From assembly GCA_038062835.1 (NCBI GenBank), contig JBBTWH010000003.1:2666-66665 (forward strand): a stretch of 64,000 bases of DNA. Direction: 5' to 3'. The stretch is from Patescibacteria group bacterium (lineage in GTDB: Bacteria > Patescibacteriota > Patescibacteriia > SG8-24 > DYFX01). Both the position numbers and the translations under genes were made by a program. Shown here in pieces: positions 27,698 to 35,919 of this stretch (position 1 is its first letter; each line of letters starts with the position of its first letter). The notes beneath the pieces were generated by a model. That model was not told where the DNA came from. It made no database searches and worked only from the letters and a program-made list of their open reading frames with translations.

Positions 27698-28807
27698 TCA
27701 TTTCCTACGGACAAGCTTGCGCTCCGACGAGATGGAGGCGAGCACGCCGACGGCGGCAAGGTTCGCCAGCATGGCCGTGCCGCCGTGGCTGATGAACGGC
27801 AGCGGTACGCCGGTCAGCGGCATGATTCCGACCATCGCCGAGATGTTCAGCGCCGCCTGGAAGCCGATCCAGGTCGTGATGCCGACGGCGGCGAAGCGCG
27901 AGAACGGATCGTGCGACTCTTCGGCGATCTTGAGTCCGCGATAGATGAGATACAGGAAGGCGAAGATCAGCGCGGCCGAGACGAGGAAACCGAGCTCCTC
28001 CGAGACGACGGCGAAGATGGAATCGCCGGCGACTTCCGGCAGGTACTGGAACTTCTGGCGCGATTTGCCGAGCCCGAGGCCGAACCATCCGCCGGAGCCG
28101 ATGGCGAGCAGGGCCTGGTTGATGTGATAGCCGACGCCCTGCGGGTCGAGGTCGGGGCGCAGGAAGATCTTGAGGCGATCGGCGCGATACGGGGCGATCT
28201 TGATGAAGACCGCGAACATCGCGGCGCCGGCGGCCAGCAGGATGCCGAGGTGCTTCAAGGACGCGCCCGCGCTGATGTACATGGACAGGAGGAAGGCGAT
28301 GATGACGGCCGTCGTGCCGAGGTCCGACTGCGCCATCATGAGCGCGATGACGAGCGCGACCGAGATCGCGAACGGCGCGAAACCGGTCCAGAAGCTCTTG
28401 ATGGCCGCCTCGTCGCGCCGCGCCAGCCACCAGGCGAAATACATCACGAGGCAGAGCTTGGCTAACTCCGAAGGCTGGAGCGAAAAGCCGAAGAGCTGGA
28501 TCCAGCTGCCGCTGCCGAAATCCGCGCGGAGCCACGGGATGAAACCGAGGCAGAGCAGCGCCGCGGCGACGATGATCATCGACGATGCGTAGCGTTTGAA
28601 GCGCTCGACGGGCGTCCGCGCCGCCAGAAACATCAGTGACAGTCCCGGCAGGACTCCGAAGAGCAGCTGGCGCTTGAAGAAGTGATAGCTGTCGCCGAAG
28701 CGCGTGAAACCGGTCGGACCGGTGGCCGACGCCAGCGCGACCAGCCCGAAGACGACCAATCCGGCCGTCACGGCGAGCAGCGGGACGTCGGGCGGGTTCC
28801 GGCGCAT
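27698..28807 (-). CDS. ftsW: SEDS-family peptidoglycan polymerase FtsW/RodA
   Basis: 369 aa, 10 TM, conserved SEDS motifs; directly upstream of murG. Confidence 0.85.
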   Translation of the reverse strand: MRRNPPDVPLLAVTAGLVVFGLVALASATGPTGFTRFGDSYHFFKRQLLFGVLPGLSLMFLAARTPVERFKRYASSMIIVAAALLCLGFIPWLRADFGSGSWIQLFGFSLQPSELAKLCLVMYFAWWLARRDEAAIKSFWTGFAPFAISVALVIALMMAQSDLGTTAVIIAFLLSMYISAGASLKHLGILLAAGAAMFAVFIKIAPYRADRLKIFLRPDLDPQGVGYHINQALLAIGSGGWFGLGLGKSRQKFQYLPEVAGDSIFAVVSEELGFLVSAALIFAFLYLIYRGLKIAEESHDPFSRFAAVGITTWIGFQAALNISAMVGIMPLTGVPLPFISHGGTAMLANLAAVGVLASISSERKLVRRK

Positions 28808-28810
28808 ACG

Positions 28811-31159
28811 CTATCGGCGCGCGAAGAGGACCGCGATGGCCTCGTCAGCCGTCTCGACCGGCACGAACTTCATCGCCTTGCGCACGTTCTGCGGTATCTC
28901 CTCCAGGTCCCTCTCGTTGTCTTTCGGCAGGACGACGGTGCGGATACCGGCGCGATGCGCGCCCAGCACCTTCTCCTTCAAGCCGCCGATCTCGAGGACG
29001 TGGCCGCGCAGCGTCACTTCGCCCGTGACGGCGACGGAGCGGCGGACCGGCTTGCCCGTGAGCAGCGAGACGATGGCCGCGGTCATGGCCACGCCCGCGG
29101 AGGGGCCGTCCTTGGGGATCGCCCCTTGCGGCACATGCACGTGGATGTCCTCGTCCTTGTTGAAGTCGCCCTTGATGCCGAGCCGTGCGGCGTTCGCGCG
29201 CACGTACGAATGCGCCGCCTGCGCGGATTCCTGCATCACCTTGCCGAGCTGCCCGGTGAGGATGAGCTGTCCTTTGCCGGGCATGCGCGTAGCCTCGATC
29301 GGCAGGATCTCTCCGCCGGCCTCCGTCCAGGCAAGTCCGGTGACGACGCCGACGGCGTCCTTCTTCTCGGCGAGCTGCTGGCGGAACTTCGGAACGCCGA
29401 GGTACTTCGGCACGTCGGACTCGAGAATCGACCACGCTTTCGAGCCGCCGTTCTCGGCGACCTTGCGCGCGATCTTGCGGAAGACCTGCGTGATGCTGCG
29501 TTCGAGATTACGGACGCCGGCCTCGCGCGTATATTCGCGGATGACGCGCTGGATAGCCTTGTCATGGATCTTCACCTTCGTGGCGGCGAGGCCGTGTTCC
29601 TTCTGCGCCTTCGGCACGAGGTAGTCGACGGCGATGCGGACCTTCTCGTCCTCGGTGTAGCCCGGATACTCGATGACCTCCATGCGGTCGCGAAGCGCCG
29701 GAGGAACGGTGTCGAGGATGTTGGCGGTGGTGATGAAGAAGACGTCCGACAGGTCGAACGGCACCTCGAGATAGTGATCGCCGAAGGCGTTGTTCTGCTC
29801 CGGATCGAGCGCTTCCAGGAGCGCCGCCGTCGGATCGCCGCGGAAATCATTGCCGACCTTGTCGATCTCGTCGAGCATGAAGACGGGATTGCGCGTCTTC
29901 GACTGCGAGACTCCCTGGAGGATGCGTCCGGGCAGCGCGCCGACGTAGGTGCGGCGATGTCCGCGGATCTCGGCCTCGTCGCGCAGGCCGCCGAGCGACA
30001 TGCGGAAGAACTTGCGACCCATGGCGCGCGCGATGGATTTGCCGATGGACGTCTTGCCGGTGCCGGGCGGGCCGACGAAGCACAGGATGGATCCGCGCGT
30101 CTTGCCGGCGAGCTTCTGCACCGCCAGGAAGTCGAGGATGCGTTCCTTCACTTTCTCCAGCCCGAAGTGGTCCTCGTCAAGGACCTTCTTCGCCTTGCGG
30201 AGCGAGATCTCGTCCCTGTCGCGGACGGTCCATGGCATGGCGATGAGCCAGTCCAGATAGCCGCGGATGTAGGAAAGCTCGGGCGAGAAACTCGGCATCG
30301 CCTGCATGCGCGCGAGTTCCTTCTGCGCCTTCTGTTTCACCTCGTCAGGCATGCCGACGGCCTCGATCTTCTTGCGCAATTCCTCGGCCTCCGATGCGCC
30401 CCCGCCGTTCATCTGCCCGAGCTCCTTCTCGATCGTCTTCATCTGCTCGCGCAGGAACATCTCCTTCTGCATCTTGTCGATCTCCTTGCCTGTCTCGGCC
30501 GAAAGGTCGCGCGCCATGCGCAGGACTTTCATCTGGCGCTGCAATCCTTCGCGGGCGCGGGCGAGCTTATCCTCGACGGTGCGGGCGGAGAGCACGGCAT
30601 AGCGCTCCTCGACGCTGAAGTCGAGGTTGACGGCGACGAGGTCCGCGAGCTGCCAGGGATCGCTGACGTTCATCACCACGAGCAGGACGTCGAACGGCAC
30701 GTTCGCGCCCATGTTCACGCATTCGCGGAACGAGTTCATCAAGCTGACGCCTTCCGCGTCGACGCGGTCGGTCTTCTGGAACTTCGGCGTCGGCATGACT
30801 TCGGCCTCGGCCCTGATGTACGGATCGACCGCCAGGATCTTCTGGACGCGGGCGCGCAGGACGCCTTCGACGACCAGGCGGACCGTCCCCTTCTGGCGCG
30901 CCGACTCGCGCACCTTGGCGATAGTGCCGATCTCGTAGAGGTCCTCGGCCTTCGGATCGCCGGCGGCGGCGTTCTTCTGCGGCACGAAGAGCACCAGCTT
31001 GTCCTTGGCAAGCGCGGCGTCGAGCGCGCGCACGGAACGCGCGCGGCGCACGGCCAGGGGCGCGGCCACGCCCGGGAAAATGACGACATCCTTCAAAGGG
31101 ATGACGGGCAGCACGCGCTTCTCGGTCGGGTGGTACAGGTCCTGGGAGGCCTCTGCCAT
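28811..31159 (-). CDS. lon: ATP-dependent protease Lon
   Basis: LON N-domain, AAA+ (GPPGTGKTS) and S16 protease (PKDGPSAGV) domains. Confidence 0.95.
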   Translation of the reverse strand: MAEASQDLYHPTEKRVLPVIPLKDVVIFPGVAAPLAVRRARSVRALDAALAKDKLVLFVPQKNAAAGDPKAEDLYEIGTIAKVRESARQKGTVRLVVEGVLRARVQKILAVDPYIRAEAEVMPTPKFQKTDRVDAEGVSLMNSFRECVNMGANVPFDVLLVVMNVSDPWQLADLVAVNLDFSVEERYAVLSARTVEDKLARAREGLQRQMKVLRMARDLSAETGKEIDKMQKEMFLREQMKTIEKELGQMNGGGASEAEELRKKIEAVGMPDEVKQKAQKELARMQAMPSFSPELSYIRGYLDWLIAMPWTVRDRDEISLRKAKKVLDEDHFGLEKVKERILDFLAVQKLAGKTRGSILCFVGPPGTGKTSIGKSIARAMGRKFFRMSLGGLRDEAEIRGHRRTYVGALPGRILQGVSQSKTRNPVFMLDEIDKVGNDFRGDPTAALLEALDPEQNNAFGDHYLEVPFDLSDVFFITTANILDTVPPALRDRMEVIEYPGYTEDEKVRIAVDYLVPKAQKEHGLAATKVKIHDKAIQRVIREYTREAGVRNLERSITQVFRKIARKVAENGGSKAWSILESDVPKYLGVPKFRQQLAEKKDAVGVVTGLAWTEAGGEILPIEATRMPGKGQLILTGQLGKVMQESAQAAHSYVRANAARLGIKGDFNKDEDIHVHVPQGAIPKDGPSAGVAMTAAIVSLLTGKPVRRSVAVTGEVTLRGHVLEIGGLKEKVLGAHRAGIRTVVLPKDNERDLEEIPQNVRKAMKFVPVETADEAIAVLFARR

Positions 31160-31193
31160 GGGAATATTCAGTGCTTACGGCTTTATTCTAACA

Positions 31194-31236
31194 GAAAAAA
31201 GCAAAAACCGTCATTCCCGCGCAGGCTGGAATGACG
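31194..31236 (-). terminator. Rho-independent terminator of small gene 31263..31643
   Basis: CCGTCATTCC...GGAATGACGG hairpin followed on minus strand by TTTTTGCTTTTTT. Confidence 0.6.
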
Positions 31237-31262
31237 GAGTAAGGTGTACGAGAATGGCGGAT

Positions 31263-31643
31263 TCAGGGGGTGATGCGCGGAAAGACGCGGGACGCTTCCA
31301 GGCGTTCGAGGTCGGAGGCGGTCAGCGCCCGACGCTCGACCAGCGCGTCCACGACGGCGTCGGTCTTGCGTTCGAGTTTTCGGTCGTAGCCGATCAAGTC
31401 GCCTTTCAGGGTGAAGAGCTTCTCGTCCAGGTAGGACTTGGTGACCATCACAGCCTTCATTCCGGTGACTTCCTGCTTAAGTCCGTCAATCTGTCCCGTG
31501 AGGCCGTCGATCTGTCCTGTAAGGCCGTCAATCTGTCCTTGAACTCCGGAGAAGCCCTTGTTGACGGCATCAAGAACGTCGACAAGTTTGTCGTCCATGA
31601 CCTCCCCGATCTGCTTCAAGTCATCTTTTGTGAGCATACCCAT
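31263..31643 (-). CDS. Small coiled-coil protein with 3 tandem heptads GQIDGLT (paralog of 55111..55413)
   Basis: MGMLTKDDLKQIGE... N-terminus shared with the paralog; in-frame 21-bp DNA tandem repeats. Confidence 0.55.
   Translation of the reverse strand: MGMLTKDDLKQIGEVMDDKLVDVLDAVNKGFSGVQGQIDGLTGQIDGLTGQIDGLKQEVTGMKAVMVTKSYLDEKLFTLKGDLIGYDRKLERKTDAVVDALVERRALTASDLERLEASRVFPRITP
31481..31543. repeat. 3 x 21-bp in-frame tandem repeat inside gene 31263..31643
   Basis: GCCGTCAATCTGTCCYKKRAS-type units encoding GQIDGLT. Confidence 0.6.
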
Positions 31644-31667
31644 ATGCGCTTAAGAATACTGCCCGCG

Positions 31668-31697
31668 TCCTAGCATGGACAACAGGCCGGGTGTCAA
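31668..31697 (-). promoter_or_regulatory. Conserved promoter TTGACACCC...TGCTAGGAC shared with the paralog at 55437..55467
   Basis: -35 TTGACA and extended -10 TGCTAGGAC about 25 nt upstream of ATG; near-identical arrangement upstream of both paralogs. Confidence 0.5.
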
Positions 31698-31709
31698 TGG
31701 TCAGTGGCG

Positions 31710-32120
31710 CTAGCCCAACGCGACCCTCAGCTTCTCCGCGACGGCCACCATCTCCCCCTCCTTATAGGCTTCCCCGTGCCACTGGGCATGGCCGTCGCCC
31801 TCGAACCGCGGGATGACGTGGAGGTGCACATGGTCGACCAGCTGGCCGGCGGCGCGGCCGTTGTTGACGGCGATATTGAAGCCCGGCGCGCCGAGCGACT
31901 TCATCATCGCCTCGCCCAGCCGGCGGGCCATGACGGCCATCTCGCGGAGCGCCTCGTCGGAGGTCGAGGCGTAGTCGGCGAAGTGCTTCTTGGGAATGAC
32001 GAGCGCGTGGCCCTGGTTCACGGGCTTGATGTCCATGAAGCAGAGCGTGCGGTCGTTCTCGTGGAGAACGGTCGCGGGGATTTCCTTGCGGGCGATCTTG
32101 CAGAAGAGGCAGTCGTTCAT
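31710..32120 (-). CDS. HIT-family (histidine triad) nucleotide hydrolase
   Basis: CLFCKI...HVHLHVIPR triad motif. Confidence 0.85.
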   Translation of the reverse strand: MNDCLFCKIARKEIPATVLHENDRTLCFMDIKPVNQGHALVIPKKHFADYASTSDEALREMAVMARRLGEAMMKSLGAPGFNIAVNNGRAAGQLVDHVHLHVIPRFEGDGHAQWHGEAYKEGEMVAVAEKLRVALG

Positions 32121-32121
32121 A

Positions 32122-32508
32122 TCATTCGTTCTTGTTGAAGGCGGCGCGGACGGACAAGGCGGCGAGCAGGATGACGACGGACGCGGCGGCGCGCCAGACG
32201 ACGGAGAGCTCGCCTGGCAGGAGGAACCAGGCGGCGACCGCGGCCAGGACCGCAGCGAGCTGGAGCAGCGCGTCGGCGTTCCTGGCGGGGCGATGCGCTG
32301 GATCCATCGCCGAGACGCCCGGATGCGTCGCCATGACCGCCAGCGACGCGGCCATGACGAAGAGCAGGAGCCATAGCACGTTGAAGAAACGCGAGACGGA
32401 CCCGCGCTCGGCGGCTTCGATGATCAGGCAGAGCGCGAGCGTGACGGCACCGGCGCCCCAGGCATCGACGGCCATCTGATGGACGATGGTCTTCGCGGTC
32501 TTCATAGG
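32122..32508 (-). CDS. Small polytopic membrane protein
   Basis: Start trimmed to MKTAKTIVHQ; upstream part of the table ORF is Arg-rich junk. Confidence 0.4.
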   Translation of the reverse strand, partial: PMKTAKTIVHQMAVDAWGAGAVTLALCLIIEAAERGSVSRFFNVLWLLLFVMAASLAVMATHPGVSAMDPAHRPARNADALLQLAAVLAAVAAWFLLPGELSVVWRAAASVVILLAALSVRAAFNKNE

Positions 32509-33695
32509 TCGAGCTTGAAAAGTTCGAGCAGCCGCTTCGCATCGAGCGGCGGGCGGCGGTATTCGACGTCGACGCGGTCCACGCTGACCTTCGCGCCCAG
32601 GTCGCGGATCTTCGGCGCGGAGACGATCATCTGCACGCGGCCCTGCGAGGCAGCGACGGCGCGAAGATTGAACGTCGCGGAGGCCGTGCGCCAGCCGTCG
32701 GCGTCGACGGTCGGGGGCGCATAGCGCGCGACGACGGCTTCGAACGGCGAGGCCGCCAAGTCCGTCTCCCACGTGAAGATCGGGAACTCGGGATCGAACT
32801 TCGTCGCGCCCGGGGGGAACTTCAGGTGTTCGCCGTCGGCGTCGACGAGCGCGACGCGGCCGTGGGCCGAGCGCACTCCGGAGAGCGTCATCGTTTCCGG
32901 CGCCGCGACGTCGATGCGATAGAGGCCGGGCTCGGCACCCGTCAGCGCGAGGTCGACCGCGCCGTCGGCTTGGCGCGTCCGGCTGATCAGGGTAGCGCCC
33001 GCCTTCCTCACGTCGATCCGCGCGACGGCGGTCGCGGGACCGCGAAAGCCGAGCGAGACGTCGAGCGGCCCTTCCTGCACGTAGACGTAGACGGTCCGCG
33101 ACCCCGCGAGCGAGAGCGTCGTCTCGAACGGCTTGTCCTCCGTCTTCGGGAGGCGCATCCCCCAGCGCGCCGGGTCGATGGCGAGGACCGCCACCTTGCC
33201 CGTCGCCGACGCGAGGATCTCCTCGGCCGGACGCGTCGTGGCCTTTTTCTCGTAGACGCGGAACTCGCCATCCTGCCTTGAGGCCCAGCCGGACTCGTCG
33301 AGCATCGGCAGATCGATCGGCTTCAGGTCGAAGCTCCAGGCCTCGAGGTCGGTGCGCGCGCCCAGCGCGAGGTACGGCTGCCCCTGGTTCTTATAGCGCA
33401 AGGTCACGCGCGCCGTATCGTACAGCCTCGGAGCGGCGACGTGGAAATAGACCGGCTCCGCCACGATTTCCGAACGCCAGAGCGCGCCTTCCCGCGTCGG
33501 GCGCGCGCGGTCGAGCGGCGTGAAGCCGCCGAAGAATCCGGACGGTTCGGCCATGCGCGCGGAAGCGGAAAGGACGCCCGACGGCGGCAGGTTGCGGGCG
33601 ACGATCAGGAGCAGGAGCCCCGCACCCGCCATGAACCACAGGAGGCGCAGGAAACTCCTGACGAACGAGAGCTGCGTGACGGCGCTGTCTTTCAT
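32502..33695 (-). CDS. Hypothetical membrane-anchored protein (glycosylation-cluster accessory)
   Basis: 397 aa, N-terminal TM, beta-rich remainder; 4-bp overlap with upstream GT-C gene. Confidence 0.5.
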   Translation of the reverse strand: MKDSAVTQLSFVRSFLRLLWFMAGAGLLLLIVARNLPPSGVLSASARMAEPSGFFGGFTPLDRARPTREGALWRSEIVAEPVYFHVAAPRLYDTARVTLRYKNQGQPYLALGARTDLEAWSFDLKPIDLPMLDESGWASRQDGEFRVYEKKATTRPAEEILASATGKVAVLAIDPARWGMRLPKTEDKPFETTLSLAGSRTVYVYVQEGPLDVSLGFRGPATAVARIDVRKAGATLISRTRQADGAVDLALTGAEPGLYRIDVAAPETMTLSGVRSAHGRVALVDADGEHLKFPPGATKFDPEFPIFTWETDLAASPFEAVVARYAPPTVDADGWRTASATFNLRAVAASQGRVQMIVSAPKIRDLGAKVSVDRVDVEYRRPPLDAKRLLELFKLDL

Positions 33696-35311
33696 AGGTC
33701 CGTTTCAAGGTCATGCGCGGCCTCAGCGCCGTATCGGTCCATCCGGAAGATCGCCTCGCCGGGAATCGGCCTTCCGACCTCGCGCCACTCCAGGCCCTGC
33801 TCGTCCGCCAGCGCGGAAAGCCTCGAGGCCTCGTCCGCGGTCGGCTGAAGGCCGTACCAGTAGACGGGGGCGAACTCCGCGGCGCGCGCGGCCGCGACGA
33901 AGGCTCCGGCGTCGGTCGCGGGGATGATGCGCATGCGTTCGGGCACGAGCAGCTTGTCGAAGCGCTCGGTCATCACGACGGCCTGGGGCTCGATCCATTC
34001 GAGCAGCTCCTGTTTCTTGGCCGCGTTGCCTTCAAGCGTCCGCCGTACGGCCCGCAGGCTCTCATCGCCGGCGAAGACCGACGCATGGACGCCGAGAAGC
34101 GCGCAGAGGACCGCGGCGACGGGCATCAGCCGAGGCGCGCGCGGGAGTTCCCCGAGCCGAACGAGGGCCAGCGCGGCGAACGGAAGCGCGGCGACGTAGG
34201 CGGGCAGGAAGTAACGGACGTAGGAGGTGCCGATCGTGACCGCGCCCGGATCGAAGCGGTCGCGGACGAACCAGCTGCCGTAGAGCAGGGCCAGCCAGGT
34301 GGCGGTCATGAGCGCCGCGAGCGCGTACGTCTTCTGCGGCGAAGTCGCCTTGCGGAACCGAGCCAGCCACCAGGCGAACCCGGCGGCGGCCAAGATCGAC
34401 TGCCACCAGAAGAGCTTCAATCCGTAGTTCCAGACGTTGCGGGCGACGAGACGCGGGTGCACGCCGAACGGCAGGAGCGCCTTGGGAGCGGCCTCGATCT
34501 CCGCGTCCGGCGAGGGAGCGGCGATCGAAGCTTCCGCGACGACGGGCGCCGGCGCGACGTAGGCGGTGCGCAGCGGCGAACCGTACAGGGTCGCGTTGAG
34601 GCGCAGGAAGACGAGGAGCGGCACGAGTCCGCCGAGGACGGCCGCGCCCAGGCGCCGCCAGCGGTCCTTGCCGGCGAACGGCAGGAAGGCCGCGAAGGCC
34701 GGGATGACCCAGATCGCTTCCGACGTGCGGACGACGAGCGCCCAGGCCAGGATGAAGCCGCCCAAGGCGTCGTCCGTCCGCGCGCGAGCGCCGAAGAAGG
34801 CGCTGAGCGGCCTGAGCGCGAAGAACGCTGCGGCGACGATGAGCGCGTCGATGAACAGCATGTTGTGGAACATGCCGCGCGCGCCGTAATACAGGACGGC
34901 GGGATGCACGAAGAAGAGCGCGGCGGCCCAGGCGCCGGACTTCCGATCGAAAAGCCTCGAGACGAGCGCGCCGAAACAGAGTCCGGCGATGGCGGTCAGG
35001 ATGGGCGTATAGAGGAAGAGCGGCAGCTTGAAGAGGAAGGTGAAGACGCCGTACAGCAGGATGATGCCCGGAAAGCTTCCCGGCACCAGCGCGTCGCCCA
35101 CGACGGCCATCGAGCGAGGGTGCATGGCGCCAGCGCCGAGTCCGACGAAGTCGTCGAAGACCTGCAACGGCTCCCCCGCCGCGACACGCATCGCCCAGAA
35201 GGCGTTGGAAGCCTCGTCCGGAGAGTTCCAGACGCCGTCGACCGGCCGGCCGTACCAGACGGCGACCGAGAGGAACAAGGCGAGGGACGCGATGACGGAA
35301 AAACGCCTCAT
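33692..35311 (-). CDS. GT-C-fold membrane glycosyltransferase (GT39/GT83-like, PMT/ArnT family)
   Basis: About 11 TM, extracytoplasmic DE motif near N-terminus (SPDEASNAFWA); start trimmed to MRRFSV, which overlaps the upstream stop (ATGA). Confidence 0.5.
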   Translation of the reverse strand: MRRFSVIASLALFLSVAVWYGRPVDGVWNSPDEASNAFWAMRVAAGEPLQVFDDFVGLGAGAMHPRSMAVVGDALVPGSFPGIILLYGVFTFLFKLPLFLYTPILTAIAGLCFGALVSRLFDRKSGAWAAALFFVHPAVLYYGARGMFHNMLFIDALIVAAAFFALRPLSAFFGARARTDDALGGFILAWALVVRTSEAIWVIPAFAAFLPFAGKDRWRRLGAAVLGGLVPLLVFLRLNATLYGSPLRTAYVAPAPVVAEASIAAPSPDAEIEAAPKALLPFGVHPRLVARNVWNYGLKLFWWQSILAAAGFAWWLARFRKATSPQKTYALAALMTATWLALLYGSWFVRDRFDPGAVTIGTSYVRYFLPAYVAALPFAALALVRLGELPRAPRLMPVAAVLCALLGVHASVFAGDESLRAVRRTLEGNAAKKQELLEWIEPQAVVMTERFDKLLVPERMRIIPATDAGAFVAAARAAEFAPVYWYGLQPTADEASRLSALADEQGLEWREVGRPIPGEAIFRMDRYGAEAAHDLETDL

Positions 35312-35874
35312 AATCCGTGGCGGAAAAGGCTGACGAGCGCGAGGACGCAAGCCGCGCCGAAAGCGGCATACGAAGCCGTCGCGAAACTTTCCGATCCCGT
35401 CTGGAGCGCGATCAAGTAGAAAGTGACGCCGATCGTCTGGCTGAACATCTTGAGCTTGCCCCACCAGTTCGCGGCGACGATCTCGCCTTGCGTCTTCCTA
35501 TACCAGCCGCCCGCCAGGAACGCCGCCTCGAGTCCGATGACGACGGCGACGAGCGTCGGCGGAAAGTGGCGCGTCAAGAGAAGCAGGGCGACCGAGCCGA
35601 TGAGAAGCTTGTCGGCGACCGGATCCCACAGGATGCCCCAAGCCGTGACTTGGCCGCGCGTGCGGGCCAGGGAGCCGTCGAGCATGTCCGTCAGGGCGGT
35701 CACGACGAAGAGCGGGGTCGCCAATTCGTAGCGACCCTCGTACAGCAGCCACAGCACCATCGGCGTCATGAACATGCGCGCGACGGTGATCTGGTTGGGC
35801 GTCGTCTCCTTCGGCACGAGCTTGAGGATCGTGGCGGCCAGGATGCGGTCGTGCAAGTAAATCTTCGCGGTCAT
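35308..35874 (-). CDS. CDP-alcohol phosphatidyltransferase family protein
   Basis: D-x2-DG-x2-AR...G-x3-D-x3-D motif (DMLDGSLARTRGQVTAWGILWDPVADK). Confidence 0.8.
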   Translation of the reverse strand: MTAKIYLHDRILAATILKLVPKETTPNQITVARMFMTPMVLWLLYEGRYELATPLFVVTALTDMLDGSLARTRGQVTAWGILWDPVADKLLIGSVALLLLTRHFPPTLVAVVIGLEAAFLAGGWYRKTQGEIVAANWWGKLKMFSQTIGVTFYLIALQTGSESFATASYAAFGAACVLALVSLFRHGL

Positions 35875-35880
35875 CTTCCT

Positions 35881-35919
35881 ATGGTAGAATCAGGTCATGA
35901 AGCCGCTTCATTCTACCAT
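35881..35919. promoter_or_regulatory. 10-bp inverted repeat ATGGTAGAAT/ATTCTACCAT bracketing the start codon of gene 35897 in the 22-bp divergent gap
   Basis: Perfect arms, 19-bp spacer, between divergent starts 35874(-) and 35897(+). Confidence 0.3.

Noticed and set aside
26653-28535. ORFs 26653..27792(+), 27389..28465(+), 27705..28535(-)
   Set aside because: Shadow frames of murG and ftsW
28682-31234. 850-aa plus-strand ORF opposite lon
   Set aside because: lon on the minus strand is unambiguous; plus-frame composition is junk-like
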